DNA of 64,000 bases from Planctomycetota bacterium. GTDB taxonomy: Bacteria > Planctomycetota > GCA-002687715 > CAIWVZ01. A program made the position numbers and the translations under genes. The notes beneath the pieces were generated by a model. That model did no database searches. It saw only the letters and a list, made by a program, of their open reading frames with translations, and was not told where the DNA came from. Where the stretch lies: NCBI GenBank assembly GCA_044222185.1, contig JBGANV010000003.1:128001-192000 (forward strand), written 5' to 3'. This document shows positions 58,001 through 64,000 of this stretch, one piece after another; the first letter of the stretch is position 1; each line of letters starts with the position of its first letter.

Positions 58001-59772
58001 GGGTTCGTGACCGTGACCTGCGTGTTCGCCAGCAGTGCGATCGGAGCGACTCCCTGGCAGACGTTGATCGTCAGCGAGGAAACCGTCGCGCCGGCGCCGA
58101 GGTTCCGATAGACCGCGATCGCGTGCCAGCCCGTCCCGAGCGAGATCCCGGAGACGGGGCCGCCATTGAGCGACGATCGTGACGCGAGCGACGCCGACGA
58201 GCGAGGCCGCCAGTCGTTGTTGGTTCCCGGGCCGTAGAGGATCCAGCCGAGCGAGGAGTCACCCGTGATGTTGACGTCGTAGGTGCCCGACGACGTCACG
58301 TTGAATTGATACAGCGCGAACACGTCCGTCGACGAGAACGTCGAGACGGTCGCCGCTCCGACGTTCACCGTGGTCGCGACGGAGAACTCGCCGCGCGCGG
58401 TCGTGCCACCCGAGTATCGGTACATGCGCCCGCTGACGGGCGGCACGGTTCCCAGGTTGCCGTTCGCGATGATGAAGTCGCACGTGGGGTTGAAGTAGGA
58501 GGAATAGAGGCCGTCCACCTGCATGTCCCAATCGCTCGTCGAGGACACCGCCATGCCGACCCAATCCGTCGAGGACGTGGTCGTGTTGAAGATTGCCGGG
58601 GTGCAGCTCAAGAGCGCCGACGTGCCGTTGGACAGGCTGAAGTTCCCGCAGCCGATGGTGGTGTTGATCGCCGCCTGCAAGGCCCCGGTGAGGATGCTCG
58701 TGCCCGCGTTGTAGCCGAGCGTTCCACAGAAGCCGTGCGTGTGGATGCCGATGGCATCACCACTCGCCACGTCGATGACGGGCGCGCCCGAGTTGCCGTC
58801 CGTCGTATCGACGTCGTATCGGATCTCGGTCCCGCTGACGCCGTTGTAAGGACCGGCCGACGTCTGCTGGACGTAGTTGTAGGTGTTGTTCGGCGTGGAG
58901 TCCGAGCCGTTCCCCGTCACGCGGATCGTCGGAACGATGACCGGCGGGAAGTAGGTGGGCAGGGAGGTCGCGAGCGAGAACCACGAGCCCTGACGCGCAG
59001 CGGCCGTCTGCCCCGACGTGTTCGGGTGAAGACGAGCAACCGACCAATCGTCGCCCGATCCGTTGTCGGATGCCTGGATCGTCGACTGATCGACAGGGAA
59101 CTGATCCGCGACACCGGGATGCTGGATGGAACCACCGCTCGTCGAGAGCGGGTAATTGAATTCGGCAACGACGAGGAAGTCAGGGGCCGGGTTGGCGCAG
59201 TGGCCGGCGCTCAAGATCGTCGACGTGTTGCTGATGAGCCAGCCCGTGCAGCCGCCGGACGTCTGCGTCGCGCTGAAGAGCAGACGGCAGACGCGGACGT
59301 CGGAACTCAACACGCGGTTGTCGGAACCGCAGAGCGTGTCGAGCACGGAAGCCGGCATCGTGGGTGCTCCCACCAACGCTTCGCTGACCGCCACGTTCGC
59401 GGTGGAGCCCGGAGCGAGCGTGACCGACACGGTCACGGTGGAACCGTTGAACCAGGCCGAGTGGTTCTGCCACTGCTTGAGCGTTCCACGGCGAAGGTCC
59501 TGGAATTCGCCGTCGATCGGGTTCGTCACACGGATGACGTCTTCGTCGCCGCCCAGGTCGGCAACGGAGAAGATGAGCTGGATGGCGCTCACCGCGGGGA
59601 TGGAGATACTCTCGCTCCACACCACCTGAGGCGTCGCGGCGGGGTTCGAGAGCGGGCCGCTGAGGGCCTCCGCTGGAACCCGAAGAAGCGGCGGGTTCGC
59701 GACCTGCGCTCCGGCGAGCGTCGTCAGAACCCCGAAGAGCAGGCACGTTGACCAGTTTCTGCGTCGCATCAT
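55075..59772 (-). CDS. Large secreted trypsin-like (S1) serine protease with three unnamed ~200-aa repeats, about 5 IPT/TIG domains and the shared C-terminal module
   Basis: AAGGAGG RBS, signal peptide, catalytic triad motifs SAGHC / DDW / GNSGAP, IPT repeats (NPxPTxxSxSP...LTVxGxNF...TTFVSATQ...NPAPGGG), and C-terminus ...FTLQAGYLDAASPVGFRLTWAFFNTSL. Confidence 0.88.
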   Translation of the reverse strand: MMRRRNWSTCLLFGVLTTLAGAQVANPPLLRVPAEALSGPLSNPAATPQVVWSESISIPAVSAIQLIFSVADLGGDEDVIRVTNPIDGEFQDLRRGTLKQWQNHSAWFNGSTVTVSVTLAPGSTANVAVSEALVGAPTMPASVLDTLCGSDNRVLSSDVRVCRLLFSATQTSGGCTGWLISNTSTILSAGHCANPAPDFLVVAEFNYPLSTSGGSIQHPGVADQFPVDQSTIQASDNGSGDDWSVARLHPNTSGQTAAARQGSWFSLATSLPTYFPPVIVPTIRVTGNGSDSTPNNTYNYVQQTSAGPYNGVSGTEIRYDVDTTDGNSGAPVIDVASGDAIGIHTHGFCGTLGYNAGTSILTGALQAAINTTIGCGNFSLSNGTSALLSCTPAIFNTTTSSTDWVGMAVSSTSDWDMQVDGLYSSYFNPTCDFIIANGNLGTVPPVSGRMYRYSGGTTARGEFSVATTVNVGAATVSTFSSTDVFALYQFNVTSSGTYDVNITGDSSLGWILYGPGTNNDWRPRSSASLASRSSLNGGPVSGISLGTGWHAIAVYRNLGAGATVSSLTINVCQGVAPIALLANTQVTVTNPCQGFSVTQVANAWNAVAVSSQADWDVFLGEAYAFSGGTSCDYVIANGELGVIPASSGTTTRFAGSADATLQHASSSTMTVDNQYFGSLSANQIIRLLEVNITTAGSYDVTVTGDPSLRWVFHSPGVDSSWVSDNTNIEASGTTSTGTVTASLGVGWHALAVVHDGGPVTATASFTAHVCATAPPIALSPSTASTTVTNECQPFTVAPVAGVWNAVGITSAASDWDVEIGSGQSQLGGTACDFVVADGYQGTVAPTEGVMARFFGTTSASANQATRVTVTPGTPYSAAWGAAQALRIFEFTVPAPGGSYDMVLTGLAGLEWALFEPQATPAWARRGAAVFASTVGGPTMTRTLGPGVHAILVFKDGGVGISGSFVVDVDVTPNPAPTLTSISPATVGAGSAAIVLTCTGTNFVAGSIVRWDGANQPTTFVSATSVTATIPAGLLATAGTHTVTVFNPAPGGGTTAGQTFTITNPVPAIASLSPSSATAGGAAFILTVNGSSFNTQSRVQWNGANLTTTFVSATQVTASVPAANIVAAGTASVLVHNPAPGGGNSGTLTFTINNPVPTIASLSPSSTLAGSAAFTLTVNGSNFNTQSQVQWNGAGLSTTFVSATQVTASVPAANVANAATVSVRVNNPAPGGGNSGVLTFTINNPVPTLVSMSPTSRFAGTAGFTLTVTGTNFNTQSQVRWDGVPQPTTFVSATQLTAAIPAANIATPGSASILVRNPGPGGGNTPALTFTITGPAITSLTPVSIAIKTLASPATNLTVNGSGFMPTSKVYANGVQLTTTYVSAAQLTASIPASIEQTRMSGGLAIAVENFPTVASNMTEVIVGSGSNHGVIGHVPLQDPMTPGVTFSFNIEGCAPNAAFTLVGDSGLPGPVTNWPTPAANLVLQVGSPGLFPVLDGLGVFGPPQAGIVMSPNLPGNTAPGGEFILPGLVAPNPPTGAHFTLQAGYLDAASPVGFRLTWAFFNTSL
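55500..56870 (-). repeat. Tandem ~280-bp coding repeats (IPT/TIG domains)
   Basis: Recurring DNA words such as ccgcccggcgccgggttg and ctgacgaacgtcgtc, spaced about 280 bp apart inside the protease gene. Confidence 0.8.
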
Positions 59773-60230
59773 TTCGATCCTCCTTTGAGTCGTCGATGGA
59801 CAGACTTCATCCCCCCAGCGACGCCTCGGATGCCGATGTGACAGCCCCGCGTGAATCCGAGTGGCCCGAAAGCGCAGCAGTTTGACGGGCGCGGCCCCGA
59901 CCGTCCCCGCCGGTGCGACGGATATGCGCAGCTGGGGGCTCGGTTGGAGCCACCGTCCGAGCACTCGGCTACCCCGATGGACCAGTCGTCGCGGGAGCCG
60001 CACCGCATGCGCGATGGCAGGCGCGGCGGCAGCCCACGACGCGAGCCATCGCCGCGTCCGCGTCGCCGTCGCCGTCGCCGAGACATCGAGCGCGGCCACT
60101 CTCCGTGCCCAGACGCGCGCCGCCCCCCCACGGTGCGAAGCGTCGCGACGCCGGGGAATTCGCGCGGGCGCCCCAAGTGGGTCGCGCGGAAAACGAAGCT
60201 ACAACGCCGACCGCGCCGGAGGCCCACCCC

Positions 60231-62105
60231 ATGACGACGCGTGAAGATCAGTCAGACAGCATCTCCGAGTTCACGCTGAAGGCCGTGGTCGCTGGCGTCG
60301 GCTTCGGAATCCTCTTCGGAGCGGCCAACGCGTACCTGGGGCTGAAGGCTGGCCTCACGGTCTCGACCTCCATCCCCATCGCCGTCCTCTCGACCGCCGT
60401 GTTCCGGCTGATGTCGCGCCGAGGCGGCACGATCCTCGAAGCGAACATGGCGCAAACGATCGGCAGCGCCAGCTCGTCGCTCGCAAGCGGCACGATCTTC
60501 ACCGTCCCTGCGCTGTTCATGTGGGGCGTGGTCCCGCCGATCCACCAAGTGGCGATCCTGGCGTGGTGCGGAGGCGTCCTGGGCATCCTCGCCATGATCC
60601 CGCTCCGGCGCCTCCTGATCGTCCAGGCGGACAAGGAACTCCCCTACCCTGAAGGTCGCGCCTGCGCCGACGTCCTCCGCGCCGCGGGAGATTCCGCATC
60701 CAGCCGCTGGATCTTCATCGGGCTCGCCACCGGTGCCGCGGTGAAGGTGCTCGGCTCGTTCTTCAAGCTGCTTCCCGAAAGTGCGAGCTGCCCGCTCGGC
60801 GCCCTCCCGAACGCCACGCTCGCCATCGCGATCGCCCCCGCACTTCTCGCGGTCGGGTACATCGTCGGCTTTCGCGCCTCATCGATCATGGTGGGGGGAA
60901 GCCTCCTCACTGCGATCGTCCTCGCGCCGCTGATCACGCGCATGCACGGCGAGGGGGTCGCTGCGGCGAAGGCGACTCTGGCGCCGCTGACGGCCGGCGA
61001 CGTGCGCAGCCGCTACATCATCTTCATCGGCGCCGGCGCGGTCGCAGCCGCGGGCATCATCACCGTGATCAAGACGGTGCCGACGATGGCATCCTCACTT
61101 CTGGCGGTCGTACGCGGATTGAAATCCCAGGCCTCCGGCGTGACGGACTCGGAGCGGACGGACCGGGATCTCCCCTCCGGCGTGATCATCGCCGGGCTCC
61201 TGATCCTCGTGCTCGTCCTGGGATTCGTACCGGGCGTCTTCGCGGGGAACCTCACGTTCGGTGGCCGTCTCGCCGCCGCAGCGAGCGTCGCCGTCTTCGG
61301 TTTCCTTTTCGTGCCGGTCTCCTCACGACTCGTGGGGCTCATCGGCGTTTCCTCCAACCCCACGTCCGCCATGGCGCTGATCACTCTGACGACCTGCGCC
61401 GCGATCTTCGCGCTCATGGGATGGTCCGGCATCGACGCCAAGGCCGCCGTGCTCACGGTCGGAACCGTCGTCTGCGTCGCGGCGTCGAAGGCCGGTGACA
61501 TCTCCCAGGATCTGAAGACCGGCTGGCTCGTCGGCGGGACGCCGGCGCGCCAGCAGTTCGGACAGTTGATCGCCGCGGCATGCGCCTGCTGGGCCGTCGC
61601 GGCCGTCGTTTGCGCGCTCGGGGAGAAACCAGGCTTCACGGGCCCCGGGGCCATGGCTGCGCCGCAGGCGAAGCTGATGAAGACGGTGGTGGAGGCCGTC
61701 CTCGGCGAGACTCTCGATTGGGGCCTCCTGCTCACGGGCATCTCCCTCGGCGGAATCGGATTCCTCGTCGGTCTTCCGCCTCTGCAGCTCGCGCTGGGCA
61801 TCTACCTGCCTCTGGGAACCATGGCAGCGATCTTCGTCGGAGGCTGCGCTCGCAAGTACTCCGAATCACGACCCGGCGTCACCGAGAGTCACGTCCAGAA
61901 GGGCGTGCTCTGCGCGTCCGGCCTCGTCGCCGGCGAGGGCCTCGCCGGCGTGGCCTACGCCATCAACGCGTTCGTGCGAAACCTGGACCGGGAACAGGCG
62001 CCCCCGCCATCCACTACCCAGCAGTGGGCGGGCGTCGCGATCGTGCTCTGCGTCGCGATCCTGCTGGCGTGGTCGGCGCGTCGCACCGCGCCGGCGCCAC
62101 GCTGA
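60231..62105 (+). CDS. OPT-family oligopeptide transporter
   Basis: Motifs NAYLGLKAGLTVSTSIP, LEANMAQT, LPYPEGRACA, SSNPTS, SQDLKTG, APQAKLM and ASGLVAGE; GGAGG RBS. Confidence 0.93.
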   Translation: MTTREDQSDSISEFTLKAVVAGVGFGILFGAANAYLGLKAGLTVSTSIPIAVLSTAVFRLMSRRGGTILEANMAQTIGSASSSLASGTIFTVPALFMWGVVPPIHQVAILAWCGGVLGILAMIPLRRLLIVQADKELPYPEGRACADVLRAAGDSASSRWIFIGLATGAAVKVLGSFFKLLPESASCPLGALPNATLAIAIAPALLAVGYIVGFRASSIMVGGSLLTAIVLAPLITRMHGEGVAAAKATLAPLTAGDVRSRYIIFIGAGAVAAAGIITVIKTVPTMASSLLAVVRGLKSQASGVTDSERTDRDLPSGVIIAGLLILVLVLGFVPGVFAGNLTFGGRLAAAASVAVFGFLFVPVSSRLVGLIGVSSNPTSAMALITLTTCAAIFALMGWSGIDAKAAVLTVGTVVCVAASKAGDISQDLKTGWLVGGTPARQQFGQLIAAACACWAVAAVVCALGEKPGFTGPGAMAAPQAKLMKTVVEAVLGETLDWGLLLTGISLGGIGFLVGLPPLQLALGIYLPLGTMAAIFVGGCARKYSESRPGVTESHVQKGVLCASGLVAGEGLAGVAYAINAFVRNLDREQAPPPSTTQQWAGVAIVLCVAILLAWSARRTAPAPR

Positions 62106-62849
62106 TCATTCCGGCGGTGCGCCCCGCGGATCGGTGAACAAACGCTCGATCTCGGCCGGCGTGAGCTCGCGACATCGACCGGCCGTCAGGTCGCCGGGAA
62201 GATCGAACGCACCGATGCGGTCGCGGTGCAGTTCGACCACTTCGGCGCCGCATGCCGTGAACATCCGCCGGACCTGGTGGTAGCGGCCCTCATCCAGGAT
62301 CACGGTGGCACGACCGCGCCCGTCGGGAGTGCGTTCGTGGATCTCGAGGGTGGCAGGTTTCGTCGGCTCTTCGTCGTCGTCGATCCGGATGCCGCGTGCG
62401 AACCTCGCGACCGAGTCGGGCTTGAGCTCGCCCGAGTATCCCACGCGGTAGCGCCGCGGAACGTGCCGACGCGGGTGAGTCAGCCGTTGGATGAACTGCC
62501 CTTCCGTCGAGAGCACGAGCAGCCCGGAAGTCTCCCGGTCGAGGCGCCCCGCAGCCTCGAGCCCCGCGGTGACGAACGCAGGAGGCAGAAGCTCGTAGAG
62601 GGTCGGGCTCTCCGCCGGGTCGTGGCTGCAGCTGTAGCCAACGGGCTTGTGGACGACGACGTGGAGGACGTCCTTCGGCCGTTCCACCCGCTCGCCGTCG
62701 AAGGCGACGTCGTTACCGTCGACGATCTGGGCCGGGTCGCGACACACCGCCCCATCGACGGTCACCCGCCCCCTGCGAACGAGGGCCTTCGCGCCGCTGC
62801 GCGAGGCGATCCCCGATCGACTCAGAAATGCGTCGAGACGTTCTCGCAT
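62106..62849 (-). CDS. rsuA: RsuA-family pseudouridine synthase
   Basis: S4 domain RLDAFLS, HKPVG, GRLDRETSGLL and EGRYHQVRRMF. Confidence 0.88.
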   Translation of the reverse strand: MRERLDAFLSRSGIASRSGAKALVRRGRVTVDGAVCRDPAQIVDGNDVAFDGERVERPKDVLHVVVHKPVGYSCSHDPAESPTLYELLPPAFVTAGLEAAGRLDRETSGLLVLSTEGQFIQRLTHPRRHVPRRYRVGYSGELKPDSVARFARGIRIDDDEEPTKPATLEIHERTPDGRGRATVILDEGRYHQVRRMFTACGAEVVELHRDRIGAFDLPGDLTAGRCRELTPAEIERLFTDPRGAPPE

Positions 62850-62964
62850 GTCGTCTGTCCCACCCCGCAAGCGCCCCTGGACCGGGAGTGGTGCGCAGCG
62901 TAACAAGCGGCCCAGCCTGGCCCGGCCCGCCCGCGCGGGACGTCGGCGATGGAGATCCTCGGTC

Positions 62965-64000
62965 ATGACGATGCAGACGGCGGCGATGCGGCGCATCGCA
63001 GTGGTTCTCGGACTGTGCGCGACGTTCGGGCTGTCCCAGGAGACGCGGCCAGCGGCGCCGGGAAGCACGGTCGACTGGGCGAAGGACCTCGGCGCCCTCG
63101 TTCACGGGATCGAGGAGCACCACGTGGCGCCGTTCACGATGATTTCGAAGGACTCGTTCCTCGAGAAGGCAGACGCGCTCGCAATGCGGATTCGCACGCT
63201 CGGGGACGACGAAGCCGAAGTGGCGCTCCAGGCCCTCGTCGCCGAGCTCAAGGATGGCCACACGCTCATCGCGCTCAAGAACACGCAGCGAGATCCCATG
63301 CCGATTCGCTTCGCGTCATGGTCCGATGGCGTGCGCGTCTTCTCGATCGATCCGGCGAACAGGCGCGCGCTCGGCTGCAAGCTCGCCGCCATCGACGGCA
63401 TGCCGATCGAGGCGGTGATGGCGCGGCTTGCATCGGTGATCTCTCGCGACTCGGATCCGGCGCTCGACGCCCAGGCCTTCTGGCGCCTTCCGCAAGCACG
63501 GGTGCTCCGCGGCTTGGGCATCGTGAAGGATGCGTCGAAGGTGACGTACCGTCTCGCACCGGACGAAGGCGAGCCATTCGACCTCGCCTTGTCGCCGGGG
63601 ATGCTTGGCAGGGACGCCGTCTACGCGGCACCCAAACGAGCGGCAACGACCGACCAGCGCGGTCGCAAGTGGCACCACCACGAGGTCGTCGACGGCTCGA
63701 TCCTCTACATCCAGTACAACCAGTGCTCGACGTCGAAGGAGCAGGACATCAGCGTCTTCGGCGAAGCCATGGAGAAGATCCTCTGCTCGGGATCGATCAA
63801 GGCGATCGTCTTCGACCTCCAGTACAACGGCGGCGGCAACTCGACGCTCGGGGACCTGCTGTTCGCGCGGCTCGGGCGGCAATCGCCGATGAAGGAGAAG
63901 AAGAACGTCTTCTGCATCATCGGACCGCAGACCTTCAGCTCGGCGATCCTCAACACGTTGTCGCTGCGCAAGGGTTTCGGCGCGGTGGTGATCGGCCGCC
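62965..64000 (+). CDS. Secreted S41-family peptidase; runs off the right edge of the window
   Basis: Read manually: signal peptide, WAKDL, LKDGHT, PDZ-like AIDGMPI, YIQYNQC, FDLQYNGGGNS and TFSSA. Confidence 0.82.
   Translation, partial: MTMQTAAMRRIAVVLGLCATFGLSQETRPAAPGSTVDWAKDLGALVHGIEEHHVAPFTMISKDSFLEKADALAMRIRTLGDDEAEVALQALVAELKDGHTLIALKNTQRDPMPIRFASWSDGVRVFSIDPANRRALGCKLAAIDGMPIEAVMARLASVISRDSDPALDAQAFWRLPQARVLRGLGIVKDASKVTYRLAPDEGEPFDLALSPGMLGRDAVYAAPKRAATTDQRGRKWHHHEVVDGSILYIQYNQCSTSKEQDISVFGEAMEKILCSGSIKAIVFDLQYNGGGNSTLGDLLFARLGRQSPMKEKKNVFCIIGPQTFSSAILNTLSLRKGFGAVVIGR

Overview
High-GC bacterial chromosomal window, most consistent with Planctomycetota. This is inferred from the ECF sigma/Ser-Thr kinase modules, HEAT-repeat proteins, FG-GAP/ASPIC proteins and an ftsA/ftsZ-less dcw cluster. 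From left to right it holds: (1) a reduced minus-strand dcw cluster (mraZ-rsmH-ftsL-ftsI-murE-murF-ftsW-[structured spacer]-LysM-murB-small ORF-ftsQ-membrane protein) with no mraY, murD, murG, murC, ddl, ftsA or ftsZ in the window, and a MurE that has lost its canonical DNPR motif; (2) upp, dnaE, a DEAD-box helicase, msrC-like, nudF-like and rsuA-like genes and an OPT transporter; (3) two ECF sigma factors and two Hanks-type kinases; (4) a receptor-less cheA-W-Y-B-R-X-Y-X' operon with two matching sigma28-like promoters; (5) a porin-like gene broken by a single in-frame TAA. The strongest candidate for an undescribed system is a set of six unrelated signal-peptide proteins (FG-GAP propeller, beta-helix, NIDO-like, SGNH-like, ASPIC/UnbV, trypsin-like protease) that all end in a similar ~120-140 aa C-terminal module ([FY]x[QE]xxxxD...G...[ST]NAL). 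A seventh protein carries the module internally. This pattern suggests a C-terminal sorting or anchoring domain. No rRNA, tRNA, CRISPR array or transposase was seen. All calls come from motif recognition by eye, with no database searches.
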